From the human T2T-CHM13v2.0 reference genome, Homo sapiens: a stretch of 64,000 bases of DNA. The stretch spans positions 38,080,001 to 38,144,000 of the forward strand of contig CP068257.2 of the NCBI GenBank assembly GCA_009914755.4. The letters run 5' to 3'. Positions within the stretch are counted from its first letter, which is position 1; each line of letters begins with the position of its first letter. Positions 1 to 12,345 of this stretch are shown piece after piece. The notes below the pieces were generated by a model. The model saw only the letters and a program-made list of their open reading frames with translations, did no database searches and was not told the origin of the DNA. The position numbers and the translations under genes are program-made.

Positions 1-57
1 CCAGTATTGTTCAAGAGTATGTTCTGTGGGGATGGAAATGTTCTGTATTTGAGCTTT

Positions 58-200
58 CCAATATGGTAGCCACTGCCTTCTGTGGCTATTGAGCACCAAA
101 AATGTAGATAGCACACCTGATGAATTAAATTTTTTATTTTACTTGATTTAAAATTTACATAGCCACATGTGATTGTGGCTACCATATTGGACAGTGCAGC
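58..200. mobile_element. Short palindromic MITE-like element (probable non-autonomous DNA transposon, family not identified)
   Basis: Terminal inverted repeats of about 16 bp (caatatggtagccac ... gtggctaccatattg) flank an AT-rich core of about 110 bp that has internal atgtggctat/gtggctattgag symmetry. Confidence 0.35.
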
Positions 201-432
201 TCTAGTCCATAAACAGTTACCAGAAACAAGAATGCTTTTATTCTTTAGATTTCCTTTGGTTGAGCAGATAACTGTCTGCAATGCATCTAGCCCAGCTCCC
301 AGAATCTTGGTGAAACATAGAGGTATTTTTGGGTTTACTTAAATTTCCTATTCATATAGTAAGGCTGTATACTTTATATAAAACATAAAATTTTTGTTTT
401 ATTAAAAAATTATTAATTAGTTAATTTATTTA

Positions 433-551
433 GAGACATGGTCTTGCTCTGTCATCCAGGCTGGAGTGCAGTGGCATGGTCATAGCTCACTGTACCCTTG
501 AACTTCTGGGATCAAATGATCCTCCCACCTCAGCCTCCCAAAGCACTGGGG
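433..551 (-). mobile_element. Alu fragment (internally deleted)
   Basis: Reverse complement of Alu motifs: gagacatggtcttgctctgtcatccaggctggagtgcagtgg ... cctcagcctcccaaagcactggg. Confidence 0.8.
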
Positions 552-2020
552 GAAAAACGTCGTTTTAAGTATCACCATAATGAGTAGGTAGAATGCCGTT
601 TCTTAAGATGAGTCACTTAAGCATAGGAGAGATACATACTTTATGGATCTTTTTGGTCACAAACTTTAATACAATAAACTACAGTTTGCTTGTCATTCCA
701 AGGCCAACCTCAACAACGTAAGCCCTGTACTTAGTCTTAGAGAAATATTTATCTAGATAAATAAAAAAAGCAAAGCAACAAAAACATGAATGGAGTAATT
801 TTCCACCTGGCTGGCTGCTTCCACACCTCTCACCCGCTGCAGGCAGCAGTAGGTGTGTGGAGGAGGGCGACGACATGTCCCGCAGCAAGAGTGTCTACCC
901 CTAATAGTCTCACAAAACTCTGTTGCTTCTTGCTGGGAGATGAAAACAGCTTGAGGACAGGGTTTTTGTCTCATGTGTTTGTTCCACTCTGCAGAACCAA
1001 GCTTCGAACTGTACTTCATGCACTACGATGGCACAGAAAAGATTTTCTGGGTGAAACCATTTTGGTGCCATTGTCTTGTAATTATTAGGAAATCAAAAAC
1101 AGCACAGAATTATTATTTCCTCCAGTATTCTGGAGGATCCTACACTTTGCATCACAGCAGCTGGCTTTGTCTTGGCTACAGCCTCCTCCCTTCTTGTTTC
1201 TCTGGTAACAAATGCTCACCTCTGTTGACAGGGTGATCCAGGGCTGGCCAATCAGAGTGCCTCACTCCCGGCTCCCTGACCCTGGAATTGTTCATGGATG
1301 GCAGCAAGCCCAGATCAGAGTCCTTCTTTGAGGCTGTTCTTACCAGAATCTCAGGAGGCCCTACATGCGTCTCTCGGGGAGCCACAAGAGTGGGGGCCAG
1401 CTGCTTTACCCTGTAGTCCTTGCCATTTGGAGAAGGCCTCTCAGTAGGAGGAGAGAAGGACACCAAGCAGGGAGGCGAGAGGTGTGGGTGATGGCAGAGG
1501 GGGTCCCACTGGTGTCTGGTCCCCAGTTCCCGTCGCTGAGGCCCCCGGAACTGGCCAGGTTCTCTAGTTCTTCCAGCTCTTTGAACTCTGCTAGTATCCT
1601 TTCAACAAGTTAATTTTCTGTTATAAATGATCCTTAATTGGGTTTCTGCCACTTGCAACAAATATCTTTTATCCTAAATTGTTAAAATGAAAAGTGTGTG
1701 TGTTGGGGGCACATTTTCAGGGGAAAGAAAATTCCCACCAGCTTTGGAATCAGCTGAGGTGGGTAAGTATATTCTTCCCCATGTTCTTCCAGCACGATTC
1801 TTTTGTCCCTCTGTTTCTTCAATAGTTTTTAGTGGACATTATCCTACAATTCAAATACCAAATGCATTTCTCATCCAAGATGAGCTGTGTCACCAATGAA
1901 CAAGAAGAGCGCCAGCATTGTGATTTTTTTTTTAAACAGAACTTTCAGGGTACAGAAAATAACACCACCCTGTCCAAATTTAGGGCCACACTGTCATCGA
2001 GGGATAATCAGTGTTTTTGG

Positions 2021-2394
<374 letters not shown>

Positions 2395-2419
2395 TGAAAC
2401 ATTGTCTTTTTAACCTAAA

Positions 2420-2935
2420 TACAAGAAACATGATTAGAACTCAATATATTGACATGTTCACCAAAAGTTCATGGCAGCACATTTCATACTAGCCCCAAAT
2501 GGGAAACAATCCAAATGATATAATGGATATATTGTCATTTGTTCAGTGGGATACCACACGGCAAAGAAAAGGAATGAACCAGCATCACATACACCAACGT
2601 GGGTGAATCCCACAAACGTGGTTCAGAGTGGAAACCAAACAGAGAGAATAAAATGTGTTTACATAAAGTCCCCAAACAGGCAAAACTAATCAATGGTATT
2701 GGAAGTCTTGACTATGGTCATTGTCCCTAATCTGTGAGAGGAAGTGAGTTGGAGGAACTTGCAGGGACGAGGTGGGGAGCAGGGCTTCTGGGCTGCTGAC
2801 CACGTTCCATGATGTGATCTGGGCAGTTACCCACGTGTGATTGCTTAGTAAGAATATATCAGTTTGTGTGCTTACAACTTGTGAACTTTTCTGCATGTGA
2901 CTTATGAATAAAAAAGTCTGAAATAAAACCAATAC
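2420..2935 (+). mobile_element. Ancient LINE-1 (L1M/L1P-type) 3' end fragment
   Basis: Old-L1 3'-end signature: caaaactaatcaatggt ... ggttcagagtggaaaccaaacagagagaataaaatgtgtttacataaag, ending in an A-rich tail. Confidence 0.5.
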
Positions 2936-3481
2936 TCTGGAGGGAAAAATACCATAAGGAATGAGGAGTGCCTGGGAAAAGCTCCCTGTGAACTACTCAG
3001 ACATTCGCTAAGGAGAAAGCAAATGCAAGTTGGATGGGATAGTGGCTAAACGGAACTCATAGGGGAGAAATTATTGGCATTGAGAGGATGAGTTCTTTCT
3101 CTGGACTCCCTTGGAGCTTTGATATTGGCCTGTCATTAGAATTTGGGTGGCAAGCCTGCCTTATGATAAAGACTGAAGTTCTTCAAAGGATCTCCATATA
3201 ACTCAGCCTTTTGCTAAACTTCTAAAAAATGAACAATTAATCAGTTCATCAACTCTCAGAGATTGTAAAAGCCAAAATGATTTAGATAAAGCAGGAAAAT
3301 CAGAGCAGAGGAGACAGTTATGGCATATGAGAAACCTGTTCACTACTCAAGTTGGCCCTGACATCAGGCCAGGAATACAGAGCAAGGTTCGCCATTGTTC
3401 TGCCCACCAAATGCTCTTTTCTAGTCCTAATGCAAAATGATGGTCTCTACTTAGACCTGAGGCACAAAGAAAACATTTCAG

Positions 3482-3778
3482 GGCTGGGCAGTGGCTCATG
3501 CCTGTAATCTAGAACTTTGGGAGGCTGAGATGGGTGGATTGCTTGAGCCCAGGAGTTCGAGACCAGCAATGGGTCACATGGAAAAATCCCATCTCTACAA
3601 AAAAAATACAAAAATTAGCCAGGCGGGTTGGCACGCATCTGTAGTCTCAGCTGCTTGGAGGGCTGAGGTGGGAGGGTCACTTGAGCCCAGGAGGTCGAGG
3701 CTGCAGTGAGCTGTGATTGTGCTACTGTACTCCGGCCTGGGTAACAGAGCAAGACCCAGTCTCAAACAAACAAACAGA
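3482..3778 (+). mobile_element. Alu
   Basis: ggctgggcagtggctcatgcctgtaatc ... gcctgggtaacagagcaagacccagtctcaaacaaacaaaca. Confidence 0.95.
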
Positions 3779-3943
3779 ATATTTCAGAAGGGTCTTCTAC
3801 TCCCTATGCAAACTGCTAAGCCAGCAAGTCCCACAGGGGTACAGATGGAAGGGGCCTTTGCTAATCCCTGAGGGAAATGTCAGCTGGGGTTTTTCTTACA
3901 AAGTTAGCATATACTGGGGAGCTTGGAAACAAGAGAAACGTGT

Positions 3944-4212
3944 TTCTCACAGTTCTGGAGGATGGAAGTCCGAGATCAGGATGCTGGCATGGTCAGGTTC
4001 TGATGAGGGATTTCTTCCAGGTTGCAGACTATCACCTTCTTGCTGTAGCTTCTCATGGTGGAAGGGGCAAGGCAGCTTTCTGGGGGTCCCCTTTATATGG
4101 CGCTAATCCCATGCATGAGGGTTTGACCCTCATATCCTAGTTACCTCCCATAGGCCCCACCTCCTAATACCATCAACTTGGGGACTAGGTTTTAGCATCT
4201 GAATTACCGGGG
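3944..4212 (+). mobile_element. MaLR-type LTR fragment
   Basis: ttctcacagttctggaggatggaagtccgagatcagg ... cccctttatatggcgctaatcccatgcatgagggt ... ccccacctcctaataccatcaacttgggg, resembling MaLR LTR consensus blocks. Confidence 0.45.
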
Positions 4213-5065
4213 AGAGCACACAAACATTCAGACCTCAACAGGAGGCGAGCCTCTTGGCCCCCCTGCTAGCATCCATCTGCAGCTGGGCACCCTGTCTGGT
4301 TCTCCAACGTCACTTGTACAAAATAGCGCACTCCTTCCCTCCAGCAGCTGCTCCTCTTCTTCCTCAGACCCCCCGCCTCAAATCAGGGAATCCTCAAGAT
4401 TCATGGAATTGACCACTGGGTTGCATTGTCAGCTCCTATCTCCCTGTCCTCCACCCAATTAGTCACCAGACTCACCCCTCGCCTCATCTCAGGAATAGTG
4501 GTTCTCATCCTCAGCCCATGCTCAAGCCCCTGGAGAGCTTTGGAGTCACAGACACCAGAGACTCTGTTCTGGGGGGTGTAGCATGGGCCTTCATACCTTA
4601 GACGTCCTCCAGGTGATTCTGATGTGCAGCCCAGGCTGAGAACCTCCACTCTGCAATCAGCCTCTTTCCCTGCACTGCTGGGCTGATGGTCCTCATTTCC
4701 TCCCTCATTCTCTCTCCTCCACACTACAGTTTCCTAACTGATCTGCATATGTCCAGTCTCCCTATTCTTGTTCGCTTGTCCTGACCTGTTGATATCCTAA
4801 TTTAAACTCTAACCCTGATGTTCAAAACTTTCCAAAGGTCAGTTTCTGCCCACCTTCTCAACCTCCCCTTGCTCTGCCCACCCCATGCACCCACACCTGT
4901 AGGTACACAGGTCTGATCCCCTTTCATCAACCTGCTGCACCTTCCTGTTGAAGCTCTCCTCTGTCGACACCCAGTCGGATCTCCACACCTCTGGGAAAGC
5001 TTCCTGGATCATTCAATTATGTAACAAATCTCTTCCTTCTCCACTTCCTTACAGCATGTGTTAAA

Positions 5066-5221
<156 letters not shown>

Positions 5222-5405
5222 TAATGTCCAGGAAATACAGTCTGCCCTGCGTTCCGTATATTTATGGATTTGGGCCCCATCCACTGCATATGATAAACGA
5301 CCTTGCCTCCTCTGAATCTAGAATGGCAATGAAATTCCACTCATGGGAGAATTGAGAAGTAGCTGCTCAAATAATTTCTTTATTCTGTAGTTCAGATGAA
5401 GAACC

Positions 5406-5598
5406 TTTTTTTTTTTTTTTTTTTTAATGGAGTCTCCCTCCGTTACCCCGGCTGGAGTGCACCGCCGCCATCTAGGCTCACTGCAACCTCCGCCTCCTGG
5501 GTTCAAACAATTCTCCTACTTCAGCCTCCCATGTAGCTGGGATTACAGATGCATGCCACCACGCAGGGATAATTTTTGTATTTTTAGAAGAGATGGAA
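5406..5598 (-). mobile_element. Alu right-arm fragment
   Basis: Poly-T then ggagtctccctccgttaccccggctggagtgcaccgccgccatctaggctcactgcaacctccgcctcctgggttcaaacaattctcct. Confidence 0.85.
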
Positions 5599-5937
5599 GT
5601 CTTTCTTTATTGTGGATGTCCTGTGACTTTGAAATAAATGAAATAGTCTATTCTGAACCTGAATTCTAGAGGCAATGGGATTTGAATCAGTGTTGGAACA
5701 TTCTTTCCATACCCTTTTCCCCTTTTGTTACTCCACTCTAAAGACTACCAGGTAAAAATATTCCATTTCACCAGCTCCTTTGCAGCTAAAGGGCTCTTCA
5801 CACAATTCTGGCTGATGAGATATAGGCAGAAGTCCCTGGGGGAGGATTCTCCTGTGCTTTTCCTCTTCTGTCTTCCTGAAATGTAGATGTAATAGCTGGA
5901 GGAGCAGCAGTCATCTTTTCGCCTTTAGAATCACATG

Positions 5938-5955
5938 ACGATGATGATGATGAAG
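5938..5955. repeat. (GAT)n microsatellite
   Basis: gacgatgatgatgatgaag. Confidence 0.6.
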
Positions 5956-6641
5956 CTGAAGACAGTAAACACCTTATGAGCAGCTTTGTTGGCTTTGGAC
6001 TTTTACCCTTAAACTCGATGTTATGTGAGAAAATTAACCTTGTTACTTGTTGAAGCTATCCTTTGTCAAGTTTTCTGTTTTTGCAAAAAAAAAAAGAAAG
6101 AAAAAAAAGAAAAGAAAAAAGCCTTATATCTTTATATCTCCATACTCTCTCACACACTTGGGAGAGTGTTCTTAAACTAGTCTGCTTTAAGTTCATGCAT
6201 TAGAAACAAAGGTGCACTCTTAACAGCAATAAGATAATTAACAAGTCTTTTATTTCCTGCAGCTCATTTTCCTTTTACCTCTTATAAATCTCTTGCACTC
6301 ATTAAAAGAACCTGCTGAGAACTTATTATCAGCTGAGCTCTGGACATAGCATAGTGAGCTGGCCACACAGCATCACTGGCAGTGGTATGCTGATAAATGC
6401 TTGAGGGTAAGGAGACCTGGTTTGAGCATTTGTCAATTTCTGTGATGTAAACACTCCCACCATGGTTGAGCCTCCAACAGAGACCTCGCTGAAGGGAGAT
6501 TTAGGAAGAGATGTTCTCAATTGGTTCTTGGGAGTCCTGGGAGCCGGCTGCACTACCCTCTGAAGACAGTGCCCCAAGAGAGCAGACCAGGGCCCTTGCT
6601 AAAATCATTTTCTTAAGGGTAAGCCTTAGAGTATAGCTTAT

Positions 6642-7487
6642 CTATTGTATGTTGCCTTTGGCTCTTAACCATTCTCCTTGGGATCTTGATTACACTATTA
6701 ATTTGCTTAGCAAACACTTCCCTCAGAGTATAACAAAATATACTGTGAGATAAAAGTCTTCTGATGGCTACATGCATCTCCAGGGCAAATAGCTAGGAAG
6801 GTGAGCAGGTTTGGTCATAGGTCAGTGACTTTTCTTTCCTTTGAATTCCCCAAAAGTCTTGGCAAGAGCTCCATAGCTTTCCCATTTTCTTTTTTTGTGT
6901 GTGTGTAATGCAGGTTATGAGACATACCATCCTCACTCTAATTTATATTTTGGGGGGAATTTAATAGATCCATTTTCTTTTTCATAGAGTTATGTTTGAT
7001 CATCAATCCAGGATCATCAATCCTGGGCTGATCTGGTGTGTTCAGAATTAAGATGAATTATTTCTACCATTAATCAGCTATTAATAATATAACATTTCCT
7101 TTTGCTGAAGTTTGTATAAAGAATTCTCTTACCAGGGAGCATCTGAGCCATAAGAAGCCTGCCACTCAGTGTTGCCAAAGGCAGACTTTTAGTGATGCTA
7201 ACTAGGGTGCCTCCCCTCTGTGGGTCTTCACCTTCCCCAATCCCACCCACCTGCTTGATATCTTAGAACTTGCCTATCCTCATGGGTTGACCTGGTGAGA
7301 GCCTGATTATGCTCACATAAAGTCACAACTTCACTAATTAGGCCCCAATAACTAGAGATTTGTTATACCTCAATGTGTTTAGCTCACGCTTTTTGTTATA
7401 CTCTGAGGGAAGTGTTTGCTAAGCAAATTAATAGTGTAATCAAGATCCCAGGGAGAATGCTTAAGAGCCAAAGGCAACATACAATAG
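6642..7487. repeat. Long inverted repeat: two 97-bp arms (6642-6738 and 7391-7487), 95/97 identical, separated by a 652-bp spacer
   Basis: Arm 1 reads ctattgtatgttgcctttggctcttaaccattctccttgggatcttgattacactattaatttgcttagcaaacacttccctcagagtataacaaaa. The reverse complement of arm 2 is identical except for two mismatches (aaccattctcctt vs aagcattctccct). Confidence 0.85.
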
Positions 7488-7622
7488 AATATAACATACA
7501 ATAGAATATAATTGATCATTTAGATAAATAGCATAGGATCTTTCCTGAGAAACATCTTTTTAGGCAAATAATCTCAGATATTTGATAGACCTAGAAATCA
7601 TAAAGACCTTCTTTGGTTTGAG

Positions 7623-7992
7623 TTTTGATATAGGTTGGATTTGTGTCCCTGCCCAAATATCATGTCAAATTGTAATCTCCAGTGTCGGAGGGGAGCCTGG
7701 TGGGAGGTGATTGGATCATGGGAGCAGAGTTCCCCCTTGCTGTTCTCATTGATAGTGAGTGTGTTCTCACAAAATCTGGCTGTTTAAAAGTATGTAGCAC
7801 CTCCCCATTTGCTCTCTTCCTCCTGCCATGTAAGATGTGCCTGCTTACCCTTTGACTTCTGCCATGGTTGCAAGTTTCCTGAGGCCTCCTAAGCCATGCT
7901 TCCTGTACAGCCTGTGGAACTGTGAGCCAATCAAACCTCTTTTCTTTATAAATTACCCAGTTTCAAGTATTTCTTTATAGTATTGTGAGAAC
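7623..7992 (+). mobile_element. THE1/MST-type MaLR LTR
   Basis: tgatataggttggatttgtgtccctgcccaaatatcat ... ctttataaattacccagtttcaagtatttctttatagtattgtgagaacagactaatacaa matches the THE1/MST LTR start and end. Confidence 0.7.
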
Positions 7993-7994
7993 AG

Positions 7995-8335
7995 ACTAAT
8001 ACAAATGTGCTCCCCCAAAGTTTATGTGTTAGAAACTTAACCCCCAACTGCAAAGTGTTGGGAGATGGAGCCTAATAAGAGGTGATTAGGTCCTGAGGGA
8101 TCTGCCCTCATGAGTGGATTAATGTTGTTATCATGAGAGTGGTTAGTTATTGTGAAAGTGGGTTGTTATAAAAGCAAGTTTGGCCCCCTTCCCCCTCTTG
8201 CTCTCTTGCTCTCACCCTCTCTTGCCCTTCTGTGTCCCACCATGGGATGACACAGCACAAAGGCCCATACCAGATGATATTGCCATGTTTTTGGACTTCC
8301 CAGCCTCCAGAACCATAAGCCAAATACATTATTTT
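7995..8335 (+). mobile_element. MLT1-type MaLR LTR fragment
   Basis: gggagatggagcctaataagaggtgattaggtcctgagggatctgccctcatgagtggattaatg ... tttttggacttcccagcctccagaaccataagccaaatacatt, resembling MLT1 consensus blocks. Confidence 0.5.
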
Positions 8336-8395
8336 CCAGGAATTATTATCTTTATTCGACATTTTTTGTTTCAATTTTCTTTTTTTTCTTTTTTA

Positions 8396-9080
8396 TTATA
8401 CTTTAAGTTCTGAGATACATGTGCAGAACATGCAGGTTTGTTACATAGGTATACATGTGCCATGGTGGTTTGCCGCACCCATCAACCCGTCATCTCCATT
8501 AGGTATTTCTCCTAATGCTATCCCTCCCCTTGCCCTCCATCACCCGACAGGCCCCAGTGTGTGATGTTCCCTCCCTGTGCCCGTATGTTCTCATTGTTCA
8601 ACTCCCACTTATGAGTGAGAACATGTGGTGTTTGGTTTTCTGTTCCTGTGTTAGTTTGCTGAGAATGATGGTTTCCAGCTTCATCCATGTCCCTGCAAAG
8701 GACATGAACTCATTCTTTCTTATAGCTGCATAGTATTCCATGGTGAATATGTGACACATTTTCTTTATCCAGTCTATCCTTGCTTGGCATTTGGATTGGT
8801 TCTAAGTCTTTGCTATTGTGAGTAGTGCTGCAATAAACATATGTGTGCATGTGTCTTTATAGTAGAATGATTTATAATCCTTTGGGTATATACCCAGTAA
8901 TGGGATTGCTGGGTCAAATGGTATTTCTGGTTCTAGATCCTTGAGGAATCGCCACACTGTCTTCCACAATGGTTGAACTAATTTACACTCCCACCAACAG
9001 TGTAAAATTGTTCCTATTTCTCCACATCCTCTCTAGCATCTTTTGTTCCTGACTTTTTAATTATTGCCATTCTAACTGGG
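8396..9080 (-). mobile_element. LINE-1 (L1PA-like) 3' end: 3'UTR plus ORF2 C-terminus
   Basis: Poly-T at 8366-8395, then reverse complement of the L1 3' end: ctttaagttctgagatacatgtgcagaacatgcaggtttgttacataggtatacatgtgccatggtggt ... gtgagaacatgtggtgtttggttttctgttcctgtgttagtttgctgagaatgatggtttccagcttcatccatgtccctgcaaaggacatgaactcattc ... gactttttaattattgccattctaactgggtg. Confidence 0.9.
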
Positions 9081-9650
9081 TGCTGAACCTACCACAGCGC
9101 AGCAAAGCCACTGTAGCCAGACTGCCTCTCTAGATTCCTCGTCTCTGGGCACGGCATCTCTGAAAGAAAGGCAGCAGTCCCTACCTGGGGAAGGGGCAGC
9201 TGTGGGCGTAGCTTCAGCAGATTTAAATGTTCCTGCCTGCTGGCTCTGAAGAGAGCAGCAGATCTCCCAGCACAGAGCTCGAGTTCTGCCAAGGGACAGA
9301 CTGCCTCCTCAAGTGGGTCTCAGAGCCTTGTGCCTCCTGACACCTCCCAGCAGTCGTCGACAGACACATACAGGACAGCTCTGGCTGGCATCTGGCGAGT
9401 GCCCCTCTGGGACAAAGCTTCCAGAGGAAGGAGCAGGCAGCAATCTTTGCTGTTCTGCAACCTCCTCTGGTGATACCCAGGCAAACAGGGTCTGGGGTGG
9501 ACCTCCAGCAAACTCCAGCAGACCTGCAGAAGAGGGGCCTGACTGTTAGACGGAAACAGAAAGCAATAGGATCAACATCAGCATAAAGGGTGCCCAGGCA
9601 AAAACCCCATCAGAAGGTCACCAACATCAAAGACCAAAGGTAGATAAACT
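9081..9650 (+). mobile_element. LINE-1 5'UTR fragment (3' half of the 5'UTR, ending just before the ORF1 ATG)
   Basis: ctgaagagagcagcagatctcccagcacagagctcgagttctgccaagggacagactgcctcctcaagtgggtc ... cagacctgcagaagaggggcctgactgttagacggaaacagaaagcaataggatcaacatcagcataaag ... caaagaccaaaggtagataaa is colinear with the L1PA 5'UTR. Confidence 0.8.
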
Positions 9651-10045
9651 TCTGTTCATCAAAAATTACCCTGTCTCAGGTATTCTGTTAGAGCAGCAGA
9701 AAATCAATTCTAACAAAGCTAGACTTCTTTTCGGATTATTCTATAATCCGGATTGGTGTGACTTCACCCGAAATTGTGTGAATGAGAACTATGAGTATAC
9801 TTCAAAGGATTTTTCAGATGCAGAATTATATTTTATAAAGATTTTATTAGTTTTTAAGTCTTAAACAAGATATATAATCTTTTCAGATGATTCCAACTTA
9901 AATATGGGTGACTTGCTAATCAATTCACTTCTGTTGTTTAGTTTTCTTAAATTTAAAAATAGCATTTATCTGCCCACATAAAGACTTGACCATATGTGTT
10001 CATAGCAGTTTTTATTTACAGTTATCCAAATCGGAAACAATTTAA

Positions 10046-10316
10046 ATGTCCATCCACAGAAAAATAAAGTTTTATTATGTTCACCCAATGAAATGCTGCT
10101 TACCAATGCAAAATGAACAAACTAATGATACAAGCAACGTGGATAAATCTCAAAAATATTATGCTAACCAAAAGAAGCCAGATATAAAAGTATCCATGCT
10201 ATATAATTTCATTAATAAGAATCCTAGAAAAGTTTAATCTTACCCTACAGTGGAGTGGGAAGAGGACAGGGTCCCAAGCAGATGCCCAGGAAGCAAAAAA
10301 AAAAAAAAAAAAAAGG
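10046..10316 (+). mobile_element. Ancient LINE-1 (L1M-type) 3' end fragment with poly(A)
   Basis: aatgaaatgctgcttaccaatgcaaaatgaacaaactaatgatacaagcaacgtggataaatctcaaaaatattatgctaaccaaaagaagccagatataaaag, followed by A21 at 10296-10316. Confidence 0.55.
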
Positions 10317-12295
10317 CTCTATTAAACTAGACACATTTTGATGTGCAGTTCCAGACCTTGGTGCCTACCCTGATATCACATGAAATGCTGAAATGCTGTG
10401 CATGTGCATGGAGGTATGAGCAGTGATATTCTAAAGCATTATTTTTAATGATAAAAACAGGTTTTAAATGTCCATCAGTAGGGGAAGACTAAATACCCCA
10501 GATATTGTACATCTGTGTTGTGGAGCCCTCTGCAGTATTTACAAAGAATTAGATGGAATGCCCTTGGGAGAAAAAAAATGTAAGTTGTAATAAAGCTCTA
10601 TATTTTATAAATTTATCTAAATGTGGAGGGAATGGTCTGAAGAGAATCATACCATGTGATTATTTTAAGTGACCCTGTAAGGAAGGGACAACGATTTGGG
10701 GCAGGAGTCGGGGGGTCAAATGTCTTCTTTTGTTAAGACACAGCTATTATGAATACTGCTGTGATGAAAATACAAATGCATGATGTCTTTTTGGTATAAC
10801 GGTTTATTTTCCCATTGGGTACAGATGGACATAAAGATGGCAACGTTTGATACTGAGGACTGTAACCACCTGATGGGATCTTCCTGCCTGCTGCATAAAG
10901 AAATGTTAGCAGCAGTGAATCTGTATGGTTCTGCAGCCACTTCAGTTCTTGACTCCTCAGAAGAAAGAATTTGACTGAGGGGCATAAGGCAGAGGGAGAG
11001 ACCAAGGCAAGTTTTTTAGAGCAGGAATGAAAGCTCATTAAACAGTTTTAGAGCAGGAATGAAAGGAAGTCAAGTACACTTGGAAGACAGGCAAACAGGT
11101 CACTTGAGAGGTCAAGTGCACTGTTTGACTTTTGACTTGGGGTTTTATACCTTGGCATGCTTCCAGGGTGTTGTGTCCCTTCTCCCCTAGTTCTTCACTT
11201 GGGGTGTGCTGTCCACATGAGCAGTGGTCTCCCAGCCCTTGGGAGGGGCTGTATTTGCAGTGTGTTTACTGAAGTCGTACACATGTTCACTTGAGGCATT
11301 TTTCCCTTTGCCAGTTGAATGTTCGTAGAGGAAGGTCATATAGCAATTAAGCTCTGCCATTTTTCCTCTTATTGTGCATGCTTGAGCCCACTTGCCCAAC
11401 TCCTGAGATCTTACTGGGGAGCTGCTGATCACCAGTTTCAGGTGTTTCTGTTGGGAGACTGCCTTTCCCTGGTGCCAGTTGTGACTAATTATTATATTAT
11501 TTTAGAGAGACAGTTTAACAACCACCTAACCATCACCTGATGGTCACCTGACATTCTTGGTTGTGGGGGCCCTCTCCTGCCCTGCTCATGTGTGACTAAC
11601 TACCTACCATAAAACATCCCCCCCTTAAGAGTCCAAGATCCCAATTCTTTGGGGGAAAGATGGTTAGTCTTCTATAACTGCTTCCTGCTGACAGAGGACT
11701 GGTGGTGGTTGTTCTGTAGGTCTTGGCCTCTTGCTAGCTGTCCTCCTGCATGCTGAATCACTTATGTGTGGGGGCCACAGGAGTGGGGTTGGTGGGTCTA
11801 GGTGGTGTCATGGGTGTCAGACTTGCAAAAAATCTGAAAAGATATCTCAAAAGGCCAAGCTACAATAGTGATGTTATTTGCAGGAGTAATTGAGGAAGTT
11901 GCATAGTTTCTAACCTCTGGAATAATGGCTGGTAATCGTTTCTGTCTGTACCTTAGCAGGTCTCAGGCTCCTTTCCTCCCCACAGCCTAATGGCCTGCTA
12001 TTAGCTTTACAAAAGTGATTGAGTTCTGGGCAAGGCTTCTTATCATTTAAATGATAGCCTAAATGTCTTTCAAAGTTAGCTCAGCCCAGTAGCCCAGGAA
12101 TAATTAAGGGAAAGGCAAGATGGGTGGTGGGTTAGCTCAGCTCACTGTTATAATTGCTCTCCTGATATAATTTTTGCAAAGGCAGTTTCAGGACTATTTA
12201 GGGGGGATGGAGGGGAGCAAGGGCTCAAAAGCAATCAGCTGCTATGCTCACTACCTGGGTGATAGGATTTGTGCCCCAAATGTCAGCATCACACA

Positions 12296-12345
12296 ATATA
12301 CCCATATAACAAACCTGCACATGTACCCCCTGCACCTAAAATAAA
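12296..12345 (+). mobile_element. LINE-1 3'-terminal tip fragment
   Basis: atataacaaacctgcacatgtaccccctgcacctaaaataaaag resembles the L1 3' end atgtaacaaacctgcacgttgtgcacatgtaccctagaacttaaagtataat. Confidence 0.5.

Noticed and set aside
9089-9549. ORFs 9089-9292 (-), 9313-9549 (+) and 9320-9511 (-).
   Set aside because: They lie entirely inside the L1 5'UTR fragment. They are at most L1 5'UTR or antisense open frames, not host coding sequence.
10680-11650. About 1 kb of moderately GC-rich unique-looking sequence with an internal 30-bp near-duplication (ttttagagcaggaatgaaag...) and LTR-like motifs (tgtgactaactacctaccataaaacatcccc). I suspected an old ERV1 LTR.
   Set aside because: I could not match it to any LTR consensus from memory with enough confidence to call it. 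It needs a repeat-library search.
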